From: Bacteroidales bacterium
Lineage (GTDB): Bacteria > Bacteroidota > Bacteroidia > Bacteroidales > UBA3663
Assembly (NCBI GenBank): GCA_017618715.1
Contig: JAFZTS010000002.1
Coordinates: forward strand, 71,062-135,061
Reading direction: 5' to 3'
Length of the DNA: 64,000 bases
Part shown: positions 8,564-16,623 of the stretch, in pieces
Layout: every line of letters begins with the position of its first letter
How positions within the stretch are numbered: position 1 is the first letter of the stretch
Notes under the pieces: generated by a model
What the model saw: only the letters and a program-made list of their open reading frames with translations
What the model was told of the DNA's origin: nothing
Databases searched by the model: none
Position numbers and translations under genes: made by a program

Positions 8564-10117
8564 ATGAACGCAACCCTGGTATTGGGCGTAATTGTCCTCT
8601 ACTTCATGATGGTGTTCGGCGTGAGTTGGTGGACTACCCGCCGGCGTGATCGAGACACCGAAACCTTCTATCGTGGCGATCGCAAAAGCCCATGGTGGGT
8701 GGTAGCGATTGCCATGATTGGCACTTCCATTTCGGGTGTGACCTACGTGAGTGTACCTGGAATGGTCGAGGCCAAGCAGATGAGCTACATACAGATGGTC
8801 ATAGGCTTTGTCTGTGGTTATTTTGCAGTGGCCTACATCTTGTTGCCCCTCTATTATCGGTTGGGTCTTTCGAGCATTTACGTCTATCTGGAACAACGTT
8901 ACGGTCGCTTTGCCCACAAGACAGGAGCCTCGTTCTTCCTCTTGAGCAAGTATCTGGGATGTGCGGTAAGAATGTACCTTACGGCCGTTGTACTTCAACT
9001 GGTACTCTTCGACCAACTGGGCGTACCCTTCGGCCTCTCGGTAGCCTGCATCATGCTCATTGTATGGATCTATTCGTTCCGTGGTGGCGTGAAGACTCTG
9101 GTTTGGACCGACCTGTTGCAGACACTCTGTCTGTTGGCCGCGATGATAGGCTTCGTGATATGCATCAGCTTGGCCATGGGTTTGGACTTCACAGGACTAT
9201 GCACAACCATTGCCGACAGTCCGATGTCGAGGGTGTGGTTCTTCGACGATGCGAATGACACGCGTTTCTTCTGGAAGCAATTTCTTGGCGGTATGTTCAC
9301 CACCATTGCCATGACAGGACTTGACCAGGACATGATGCAGAAAAACCTATCATGTAAATCGCTGAAGGAGGCACAGAAGAACATGGTCTCGTATGGCTTT
9401 GGCTTTCTGCCTGTCAACATCATCTTCCTTTCTCTTGGTATATTATTATATATGTACGCGCGAGAAATGGGCGTTGACAAGAGCGGTGATGAGCTATTCC
9501 CCTACCTTGCCACAGGCATCAATCCGACCACTGGGCAGCCCTTCCTGCCACTTATCGTGAGCGTGCTCTTTGTTCTAGGATTGGTAGCAGCTGCCTTCTC
9601 GTCGGCAGGTTCAGCAGTCACAGCCCTGACGACTGCCATCATGGTGGATTTCCTACGTAAGAAGCCCAGCGAGGAAGAAGAGAAAGGTTCAAGAAGTTTG
9701 AAGAGTTTGAGGGGATTGAAGAGTTTTAAGGATTCGAGATGTTTGAGGGGTTCGATAGAAGGCCAGCGTTTCTGGGTCCATATCATCAACTCCATCATGA
9801 TGGGATTCATGATCTACCTGTTCCACCTGTTGGCTTCGGGTTCAGTCATCAATGCCGTCTATGTCGTTGCATCCTATACCTATGGTCCGCTCATCGGCCT
9901 CTTCTTCTTCGGCATGTTCACAAAATGTAAGGTGAAGGACGGATGGTGGATACCGATCATCTGCATAGCCTCACCCCTCCTTTGCTTCTTCCTTGACCAA
10001 CACTCCGAGACCTGGTTCAACGGATATAAGATCGGCTACGAAATGCTGCTAATCAATGGTGCACTGACAGCGTTCGGACTATTTATTGCCTCCAATATCT
10101 TTCGCGAAGATAATTAA
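8564..10117 (+). CDS. Sodium:solute symporter (SSF) family transporter
   Basis: 517 aa, polytopic. Begins 12 nt after the GH43 stop, so probably an operon. SSF-like N-terminus (FYRGDRKSPWWVVAIAMIGTSISGVTYVSVPG). Confidence 0.85.
   Translation: MNATLVLGVIVLYFMMVFGVSWWTTRRRDRDTETFYRGDRKSPWWVVAIAMIGTSISGVTYVSVPGMVEAKQMSYIQMVIGFVCGYFAVAYILLPLYYRLGLSSIYVYLEQRYGRFAHKTGASFFLLSKYLGCAVRMYLTAVVLQLVLFDQLGVPFGLSVACIMLIVWIYSFRGGVKTLVWTDLLQTLCLLAAMIGFVICISLAMGLDFTGLCTTIADSPMSRVWFFDDANDTRFFWKQFLGGMFTTIAMTGLDQDMMQKNLSCKSLKEAQKNMVSYGFGFLPVNIIFLSLGILLYMYAREMGVDKSGDELFPYLATGINPTTGQPFLPLIVSVLFVLGLVAAAFSSAGSAVTALTTAIMVDFLRKKPSEEEEKGSRSLKSLRGLKSFKDSRCLRGSIEGQRFWVHIINSIMMGFMIYLFHLLASGSVINAVYVVASYTYGPLIGLFFFGMFTKCKVKDGWWIPIICIASPLLCFFLDQHSETWFNGYKIGYEMLLINGALTAFGLFIASNIFREDN
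9686..9757 (+). repeat. In-frame 9-bp tandem repeat (about 8 units, consensus RGTTTGARG) inside the symporter gene
   Basis: Units ggttcaaga agtttgaag agtttgagg ggattgaag agttttaag gattcgaga tgtttgagg ggttcgata. They translate to GSRSLKSLRGLKSFKDSRCLRGSIEG in a loop region. Confidence 0.8.
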
Positions 10118-10147
10118 TGGTTAAAGATTATCGGAAAATAAAAAAAG

Positions 10148-10183
10148 CGACCTTACTTTCTCAAGCAAGGTCGTTTGTTGTTG
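10148..10183. terminator. Bidirectional hairpin terminator
   Basis: cgacctt (10148-10154) / aaggtcg (10167-10173), preceded by an A-run and followed by tttgttgttg. It sits between the symporter (+) and tRNA-Thr (-). Confidence 0.5.
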
Positions 10184-10216
10184 TGATTTACCATTAAATC
10201 CCTTTAATATAATGGG

Positions 10217-10289
<73 letters not shown>

Positions 10290-10311
10290 ATTATTTGCTC
10301 AAAAGCGGGTG

Positions 10312-10319
10312 CAAAGATA
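10312..10319 (-). promoter_or_regulatory. -7 box (TATCTTTG) upstream of tRNA-Thr
   Basis: caaagata on the + strand, about 23 nt upstream of the mature tRNA 5' end. Confidence 0.45.
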
Positions 10320-10387
10320 GTGTATTTTCCTTATATCACCAAATTTTTCGAGAAGAATTTGTCTTTTCGAACGCAAATATCGTATTT

Positions 10388-11458
10388 TTACCTGAAAAAG
10401 ACATCGAAATCAAGCAATATAGGCAAATGATCGCTATAGCCACCCTCGTATTGGTATCCATAATAGCTGCGCTTGGGACGATGTCCGAGATGACTGGAAT
10501 CCTCGATGAGCATGAAAGGAAGGTGAAAGACTCGAGGGTTAGAGAAGTTTGAAGGATTGCTCCCTCCGTATAGCGCCGACAAAGCCTGGAGCGAAGGGCT
10601 CGAAGGAGAAAAAACAATAAACTGGTCCAAGAAAACCCATTCGCCTTGATACTTGTGGCTGCCGTATGCTGAAGGATGGAGTTTCAAGGATTTCTGTAAC
10701 GGTATCATAAGATTCACGTAATCCTTGCCCCACCAAGCCTTTGACCTCTTCGCAAAATCGTTCATGTCGCCCATGATTACGATGTTGGGTGAACGTCGAC
10801 GATAGCGTACGCTGTCGGCCACGTGCATCACCGTCCGTTGTGCTGCTTCGCGGGCAGCTTGGGTCTGTTTGGCACCTCCCAATCGACTGGGCAAATGGCA
10901 GACAATGACATCGAGCGTATCGCCACTCACCACACGTCCTGCGGCATGGAGAACATCGCGCGTAGGTCGAACTCCCTCGGGCATCACGACACGATGGAAA
11001 TCGGCATGAATCAACTTAAAGTCTGTTGGCTGATAGAGTAAGGCCGTCTGTATGCCACGCACGTCAGGGCCTTCGCTCACGATATAATTGTAATGCTGAT
11101 CCCAAAGGGGTGTGTTATGTGTCCAATAATGCATTGCGCTGTCACCTTCCACCTCGGCTAACCCCACTATCATGGGAGCCATGCCATCGCCAGCAGCCAC
11201 AATGACACGCGTTAATTGCAAGAGCTTCTGACGCAGGCGCGAACGTGTCCAATGACGGATGCCCTCAGGTGTGAATTCATCATCTTCCCGAAGGGAATCG
11301 TCGGCAGGCCAAAAGGCATTCTCGACATTCCAGAACATAATGCGTTGATGCTGGACGCGCAGACTGTCCGATTGTTCCTCACCAGCTGTAAGGGTAAAGA
11401 AAGTGAAGAGGGGAAAGAAAGATAAGAGGGTGATGAGGGCGTGAGAGTGTGAAGTCAT
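10388..11458 (-). CDS. Endonuclease/exonuclease/phosphatase (EEP) family protein, secreted
   Basis: 356 aa. Hydrophobic N-terminus. MFWNVENAF EEP N-terminal motif and C-terminal SDHLPILLDF motif. Confidence 0.8.
   Translation of the reverse strand: MTSHSHALITLLSFFPLFTFFTLTAGEEQSDSLRVQHQRIMFWNVENAFWPADDSLREDDEFTPEGIRHWTRSRLRQKLLQLTRVIVAAGDGMAPMIVGLAEVEGDSAMHYWTHNTPLWDQHYNYIVSEGPDVRGIQTALLYQPTDFKLIHADFHRVVMPEGVRPTRDVLHAAGRVVSGDTLDVIVCHLPSRLGGAKQTQAAREAAQRTVMHVADSVRYRRRSPNIVIMGDMNDFAKRSKAWWGKDYVNLMIPLQKSLKLHPSAYGSHKYQGEWVFLDQFIVFSPSSPSLQALSALYGGSNPSNFSNPRVFHLPFMLIEDSSHLGHRPKRSYYGYQYEGGYSDHLPILLDFDVFFR
10528..10563. repeat. Short 9-bp-period repeat related to the 9686-9757 array
   Basis: gactcgagg ggttagaga agtttgaag gattgctcc. 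It shares the 11-mer gaagtttgaag with 9693-9703. It lies in the EEP coding region on the opposite coding strand and encodes ..SNPSNFSNPRV... Confidence 0.55.
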
Positions 11459-11505
11459 AAGGATGGGAAGAGTTAAGAAAGAGGAGAAGGTGAAGAGTGC
11501 GAAGA
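11389..11505. repeat. Purine-rich 9/18-bp periodic tract spanning the EEP gene 5' end and upstream region
   Basis: aagaaagtgaagagggga / aagaaagataagagggtg (14/18 identical), followed by degenerate units. The complementary CT-rich strand encodes the signal peptide LITLLSFFPLFTFFTLT. Confidence 0.6.
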
Positions 11506-11537
11506 AAAAAACCGGACCATCGTGAAGATGATCCGGT
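11504..11537 (-). terminator. Rho-independent terminator of rpsP
   Basis: accggaccatc / gatgatccggt: an 11-bp stem with 1 mismatch and loop gtgaa. On the minus strand it is followed by T7. Confidence 0.8.
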
Positions 11538-11556
11538 ATGCCTTATCGATACTCGA

Positions 11557-12093
11557 TTAAGCCTCAGTAGCAGCAGCGGCAGCTTCAGCAGCGGCAGCAG
11601 CCTCAGCGGCAGCGGCAGCAGCCTTAGCGGCTGCCTCAGCCTTCTTGGCCTCCAGGGCCTCTTTCTTGGCATTCTTGACTGCAATCTCGGCATTGGTGGC
11701 TTCCTTCACCTTCTTGGCAGCCTCGGCAGCAAGACCAGAAATCTTAGAAGAGATCTTAGCCTCCTTGGCTTTCATCCAAGCGTCGAACTTAGCCTGAGCC
11801 TGCTCAGCGGTAAGAGCACCCTTCTTCACACCACCATTAAGGTGCTTCATCATCAGGACACCCTTGTAAGAGAGGATACGACCAGCGGTGATAGTGGGTT
11901 GTGCACCGGTTTCTACCCAATAAAGGGCGCGGTCGAAATCGAGTTGAATAGTAGCAGGGTTGGTGTTTGGATTGTAAGTACCGATCTTCTCAATATACTT
12001 ACCATCACGTGGCGCTCTGCTATCTGCGACTACGATGCTATAGACAGCGTAGTCCTTGTGACCATGTCGTGCAAGACGGATCTTTGTAGCCAT
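11557..12093 (-). CDS. rpsP: 30S ribosomal protein S16 with Ala/Lys-rich C-terminal extension
   Basis: [42 protein letters not shown] is canonical S16. The tail [27 protein letters not shown] is encoded by GCN repeats. Confidence 0.95.
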   Translation of the reverse strand: MATKIRLARHGHKDYAVYSIVVADSRAPRDGKYIEKIGTYNPNTNPATIQLDFDRALYWVETGAQPTITAGRILSYKGVLMMKHLNGGVKKGALTAEQAQAKFDAWMKAKEAKISSKISGLAAEAAKKVKEATNAEIAVKNAKKEALEAKKAEAAAKAAAAAAEAAAAAEAAAAATEA

Positions 12094-12177
12094 TTCGCAA
12101 ATTGATTTAAAGATGTTAATACTATTGCAATCCTTGGCGGGAGTGGTGACACGTCACGTTCCCCGGTTTTGCGACCG

Positions 12178-12185
12178 CAAAGATA
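12178..12185 (-). promoter_or_regulatory. -7 box (TATCTTTG) for rpsP
   Basis: caaagata on the + strand, about 85 nt upstream of the rpsP ATG. Confidence 0.45.
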
Positions 12186-12358
12186 GAGAATTAATAGATT
12201 CAAACCAAATAATTATGATGAAAAATGTACCATTCATTGATTTTTATCGTCGTATAGAATAAACTTTTACGTTTTTGCTACGTCAAAAAGACAAATGTTT
12301 TCAATTAACGATGAATAATTAACAAATTACAATTATTATCATTTAAAAAATAAGCTTT

Positions 12359-12865
12359 ATGAAAAAGATTCTTATGGCAGTTATCTGCTGCTTGACAATC
12401 GGTTTGGGCAGTGTAATGGCCCAGGATCAACCGCAAGGAAGAGGCATGCATGGTCCAGGACGTCAGCAAATGTTCCAGTTGGCCGACACCGCCATCACCA
12501 ACCACATGAACCTTACCACCGACCAACAGGTACAGATCGCTCAGCTCAACGAAAACTTCCAAGAGCAGATGAAGGAGGGCGGCGAAAGAGGCAAACGACT
12601 CGACAAGGAGGCACGCCAGGCGCAGCGTGCAAAGTTTGATGCCCAACGAACCGAAGCTCGCAAGCAGCTGCGCGCCATCCTCGGCACCGAACTCTATATC
12701 GAGTATCTTGAGAGAACCATCGATCGTCGTTCCATGATGATGGTTGGTCCGCGTGGTCAACGTCCCGATGGTCCGAACATGCGTGGTCGTGCTGCGCGCC
12801 CTGACGGCGTTGGCAATGCGTTCCGTGGCGGAGGTTTCGGTGACGGCTTCGGCGAAGATTTCTAA
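12359..12865 (+). CDS. Secreted helical protein, Spy/CpxP-like or DUF4890-like (hypothetical)
   Basis: Signal peptide MKKILMAVICCLTIGLGSVMA. LTTDQQVQIAQLNENFQEQMKE-type helical repeats. Gly/Arg-rich tail. Confidence 0.5.
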   Translation: MKKILMAVICCLTIGLGSVMAQDQPQGRGMHGPGRQQMFQLADTAITNHMNLTTDQQVQIAQLNENFQEQMKEGGERGKRLDKEARQAQRAKFDAQRTEARKQLRAILGTELYIEYLERTIDRRSMMMVGPRGQRPDGPNMRGRAARPDGVGNAFRGGGFGDGFGEDF

Positions 12866-12887
12866 ATAAGAACATCATATACATATT

Positions 12888-12922
12888 AGGAGATAAACAT
12901 CGGTCATTGATGTTTATCTCCT
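12888..12922. terminator. Bidirectional hairpin between convergent genes
   Basis: Perfect 14-bp stem aggagataaacatc / gatgtttatctcct with loop ggtcatt. There is no strong T-run. Confidence 0.55.
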
Positions 12923-12948
12923 AAAATCTTTATATGCTGTACCAGCCT

Positions 12949-15207
12949 TTACAGGTTCTTCTTGAAGTAATTGCAGACCTTCTTGTAGATGTGGACGTTG
13001 CTATTGCCTCCTGTGATGAAATGATTGCGGTTGGTATATACCATCATGTCGAAATCAAGATCGTTTTGCACAAAGGCTTCAGCTACCTCGTAGGTGTTCT
13101 GGGGATGAACGTTGTCGTCGGCTGTGCCGGTGACGATGAGGAGCTGGCCCTTAAGGTTCTGGGCACGGCTTAGAACAGAGCTGTTCTTATAGCCCTCTGC
13201 ATTCTGTTGGGGCGTACGCATAAAACGCTCGGTATAGATAGTGTCGTAGAATTTGAAGTCGGCAACAGGAGCCACCGCGACACCGGCCTTGAAGACGTCA
13301 TTACCTCCGCACATCGTCATGAGTGTATTGTAACCGCCGAAGCTCCAACCCCAGATGCCGATGCGCTGGGCATCGACGTAAGGAAGAGAGGCAGCATAAC
13401 GCCCTGCAGAAAGCTGATCTTCCGCCTCACGCACACCTAGTTCGCAATAGACTTGACGTTCCCATTGTGCACCACGACATGCCGTACCACGGCCATCGAC
13501 GGTCAATGCGACAAAGCCCTCCTGAACAAGATACATCGGGAAACCAAACTCCCAACGATCGAGCACCTCCTGAGAACCGGGGCCACCATATTGTTCAAGT
13601 ACACAGGGAGCCTTTGCGCCTCCATTGTTCGGCCGAATCACATAGCCATTGAGGCGGTCGCCACGTTCGGTAGTCATCTGGAAAAACTCACGCTTGGGCT
13701 GGCCAGCAACCTCCTGTCGAAGGGTTGCATTATCTTCGAGGGTCTTGATGACCTTCAGATTCTGTACGGTCTCAAGTGTGACACGGGTGGGTGTCTCAGC
13801 ATCGCTGTAATAATGCTGCATGTATATGAACCCACGACTGAAAGCGGCACTGTGAGTTCCACGACAGCCGGCGCCATCGCGTCCACCATTGAAGAGCGGT
13901 GTCATCACGCCCTTGGCATCAATCTTATAGATGCCACGAGTCAGTTCTGAAGGGACAGCCGATCCCTTGCCGACGTAGGCCAACTGAACATAAGCACAAC
14001 GTGAAACAGGGTCGTAGCCATAGACGTTGGTCAAATCAAAATTACCCTTGGTAAGCTGACGCTGCTGTTGACCCAACATATTATAATAGTATAGGTGCCG
14101 CCATCCGGAACGCTCACTGGCAAAAGTGAAACCACCTTCGTCGAAATAGATGGCATCGAGATCGGCTTCAGCGATATACTGGTCGTTAGTGTCCTCAAGG
14201 ATGAGCTTCGCCACACCGCTGCGAGGATTGACAAAATAGAGAGACAACTTGTTCTGAAGACGGTTCATCGTCACCACGGCAAGCTTGTCCTCGGACTTGG
14301 TGAACTGGATGCGCGGAATATAGCCATCGGCATCGACGGGGACATCGAGTTGGGTGAGCTTTTTGGTATAGACATCGTATGACCAAGCAGAGACCTTGGA
14401 ATTGATTTCACCAGCCACCGGATACTTATATACATACTGACCGGGATAGAGCTCGTATTCGGGGTATTCGGGGAATTGACCCTTGTAGGTGGGTAACCAA
14501 TATTCCTTTACTTCGCTTTCATCCCACTTCAAAAAACAAAAAGTCTTGGAATCGGGACTCCACGCAATAGCTCTGTCCATCGAAAACTCCTCCTCATAAA
14601 CCCAATCAGGCACACCATTGATGACCTTGTTGCGTGCACCGTCGTCGGTCACCTGACGTTCGGCAAGGTCGATGCCTGCCGACATCACACGCACATAAAA
14701 TAGATTGTTATCGCGCATGAAAACGAGCTGGCGTCCATCGGGAGCCATCGTCACAGCTTGCACCTTGCCTTCGGTCAAGCGCTTGAAAGCCTGACGACGC
14801 ACTCCCCCGGCCTCGATGACAAAGTAGAAATAATCAGCCTTGTAGCTGCGACGATAGATTGACTCTCGGTTGCTCCAAACAAGGAGACGTTCCTCGTCCT
14901 GCGAAAGCTCGTAACCGGAGAGTTTCAGGTTGCTCACGTCGAGCCCCTCTTCGGGCTTTACCTTATTGAGGTTGAGAAGCGTATCGACAGCCTGACCATT
15001 ACTGTACTGATATTTGACGATGGCACGACCATCGGCAGTAATGGCAGTATAATGCTTGCCGTCGGCAGTGCTGCGGAAGGCAGGCACACTCTTGCCGCGA
15101 TAATGACCACCACGAACGGCTTCGACCGTGATGGGTTCCGCTGCATTGGCGATAACCGAAATGGCCATGGCGACCATGCAGATGAATGAAGAAAAAAACT
15201 TGTTCAT
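12949..15207 (-). CDS. Dipeptidyl-peptidase IV (S9B family serine peptidase)
   Basis: 752 aa. Signal peptide, DPP-IV N-terminal propeller region, catalytic GWSFGGY, GTADDNVH and NRNH motifs. Confidence 0.9.
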   Translation of the reverse strand: MNKFFSSFICMVAMAISVIANAAEPITVEAVRGGHYRGKSVPAFRSTADGKHYTAITADGRAIVKYQYSNGQAVDTLLNLNKVKPEEGLDVSNLKLSGYELSQDEERLLVWSNRESIYRRSYKADYFYFVIEAGGVRRQAFKRLTEGKVQAVTMAPDGRQLVFMRDNNLFYVRVMSAGIDLAERQVTDDGARNKVINGVPDWVYEEEFSMDRAIAWSPDSKTFCFLKWDESEVKEYWLPTYKGQFPEYPEYELYPGQYVYKYPVAGEINSKVSAWSYDVYTKKLTQLDVPVDADGYIPRIQFTKSEDKLAVVTMNRLQNKLSLYFVNPRSGVAKLILEDTNDQYIAEADLDAIYFDEGGFTFASERSGWRHLYYYNMLGQQQRQLTKGNFDLTNVYGYDPVSRCAYVQLAYVGKGSAVPSELTRGIYKIDAKGVMTPLFNGGRDGAGCRGTHSAAFSRGFIYMQHYYSDAETPTRVTLETVQNLKVIKTLEDNATLRQEVAGQPKREFFQMTTERGDRLNGYVIRPNNGGAKAPCVLEQYGGPGSQEVLDRWEFGFPMYLVQEGFVALTVDGRGTACRGAQWERQVYCELGVREAEDQLSAGRYAASLPYVDAQRIGIWGWSFGGYNTLMTMCGGNDVFKAGVAVAPVADFKFYDTIYTERFMRTPQQNAEGYKNSSVLSRAQNLKGQLLIVTGTADDNVHPQNTYEVAEAFVQNDLDFDMMVYTNRNHFITGGNSNVHIYKKVCNYFKKNL

Positions 15208-15275
15208 TTATTTGAAAAAGAAGATGGGTATTATTGGAATAAAAGAAGCTATGGGATTGAAGAGAATGAAGGCAA

Positions 15276-16493
15276 TCAATCCATTCGGTGCTTGTAGTCT
15301 TCGTAAGTGTATTCGCGGAGGAGGTCGATCGAACTGTCTTCACGGAAGAACACGATGGCTGGATGTGCAACACCGTTAAAGGTATGTGTCTTGACCGTAG
15401 TGTAATGAAGCATATCCTCAAAGAGTATGTATTCTCCTACTTGCAGTTCGTGATCGAAACGCCATGAACCCAGGAAATCACCGCTCAGGCAACTATTGCC
15501 ACCCAATCGATAAATATAACCACGTCCATTGGAATCGTCAACCATGCCATGTTTGTCGGACACTTCGTCGGCAGCCGACAGCGGAAGGGACTGTGCCCCA
15601 CGTACGGCAGGTTGATAAGGCATCTCCAGGCAGTCAGGGGTATGACAAGCGAAGGAAATGTTGAGGATGGCGGTTCGGATGCCGTGGTTTTCAACGATAT
15701 CAACCACCTGGCTCAATAAAGGACCCGTCTGCCATGCGAAGGCACTACCAGGCTCAAGGATGACTTGAAGCCATGGATAGCGCTGGCGCAAAGTACGAAG
15801 CAGGCCGATGAGATGACGAATGTCGTAATCCCGACGCGTCATCAGGTGACCTCCACCCAGATTAAGCCACTTGATTTGTGGGAACCATCGATAAAACTTG
15901 TCCTCAAGATGCGCTAAGGTCCTTTCGAGTGTATAGGAATCGTCTTCGCAATGACAATGACAATGGAAACCCTCGATGCCCTCGGGAAGCTGTTCGGGAA
16001 GGTCGTCGGCCAAAATGCCGAAGCGGGAACCTGGCGCACAAGGATTGTAGAGAGCTGTTTCAATCTCGCTATATTCAGGATTCACCCTTATGCCACACGA
16101 AGCTTTTCCCTTGGCCTGTGGAAAGAAACGATGGTACTGGCTCAAGGAATTGAAGGTGATATGGCTTGAACAACGGACGATGGCAGGGAAGTTCTCTTCA
16201 GTATAGGCAGGGCTGTAAGTGTGTGCCTGTGAACCAAACTCTTCGAATGCAAGCCGGGCTTCCCAAACCGACGAGGCAGTCGTGTGGGAAATATATTCGC
16301 GAAAGACGGGAAAAGTCTTCCAAAGGGCATATGCTTTGAAAGCGAGGATGATCTCCACCCCCGCCTCACGAGCTACGTTCCGAATCAGAGAAAGGTTACG
16401 ACGCAGAAGCTTTTCTTCGAGGATATAGCAGGGCGACGGGAAGCGACTATAGTCAGACTCTCGGATATACGATTCGAAGGAATTAACGTTCAT
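15276..16493 (-). CDS. nspC: Carboxynorspermidine decarboxylase
   Basis: Fold-III PLP decarboxylase with the ILAFKAYA lysine motif. The start is set at MNVNSF (16493) because a -7 box at 16523-16530 lies downstream of the ORF-track ATG at 16547. Confidence 0.85.
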   Translation of the reverse strand: MNVNSFESYIRESDYSRFPSPCYILEEKLLRRNLSLIRNVAREAGVEIILAFKAYALWKTFPVFREYISHTTASSVWEARLAFEEFGSQAHTYSPAYTEENFPAIVRCSSHITFNSLSQYHRFFPQAKGKASCGIRVNPEYSEIETALYNPCAPGSRFGILADDLPEQLPEGIEGFHCHCHCEDDSYTLERTLAHLEDKFYRWFPQIKWLNLGGGHLMTRRDYDIRHLIGLLRTLRQRYPWLQVILEPGSAFAWQTGPLLSQVVDIVENHGIRTAILNISFACHTPDCLEMPYQPAVRGAQSLPLSAADEVSDKHGMVDDSNGRGYIYRLGGNSCLSGDFLGSWRFDHELQVGEYILFEDMLHYTTVKTHTFNGVAHPAIVFFREDSSIDLLREYTYEDYKHRMD

Positions 16494-16522
16494 CTTGATT
16501 CTTAAAGAAGATATTTCGGCGG

Positions 16523-16530
16523 CAAAGGTA
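16523..16530 (-). promoter_or_regulatory. -7 box (TACCTTTG) for nspC
   Basis: caaaggta on the + strand, 30 nt upstream of the ATG at 16493. Confidence 0.4.
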
Positions 16531-16592
16531 AGAAAATATTCCCACATTTTAAAATAATAGTCCTAAAATTTCGTCTTCTTATAAAAAAAAAC

Positions 16593-16600
16593 TATCTTTG
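16593..16600 (+). promoter_or_regulatory. -7 box TATCTTTG for speA
   Basis: Exact TAnnTTTG 24 nt upstream of the speA ATG. Confidence 0.5.
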
Positions 16601-16623
16601 CACCCTCAATTATTTTAGACAAG

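Noticed and set aside
7958-9016. Long antisense ORFs inside well-supported genes: 7958-9016 (352 aa), 32527-33546 (339 aa), 38281-39138 (285 aa), 47947-49020 (357 aa), 51668-52699 (343 aa), 58376-59620 (414 aa), 20112-20777 (221 aa), 55019-55723 (234 aa).
   Set aside because: Each lies entirely opposite a gene with clear family motifs. They have low-complexity or Arg/His/Gly-rich composition typical of antisense frames in roughly 50% GC DNA. They contain no recognisable domains.
11557-11650. GCN-rich microsatellite at the 3' end of rpsP as a possible variable repeat or annotation artefact.
   Set aside because: It encodes an Ala/Lys/Glu-rich C-terminal tail continuous with the S16 frame. Such extended S16 tails are, to my knowledge, common in Bacteroidota.
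15208-15275. The DPP4/nspC spacer as an independent 9-bp repeat array.
   Set aside because: The periodicity is weak and degenerate. The only solid observation is the shared 11-mer ggattgaagag, which is reported under the 9686-9757 finding.
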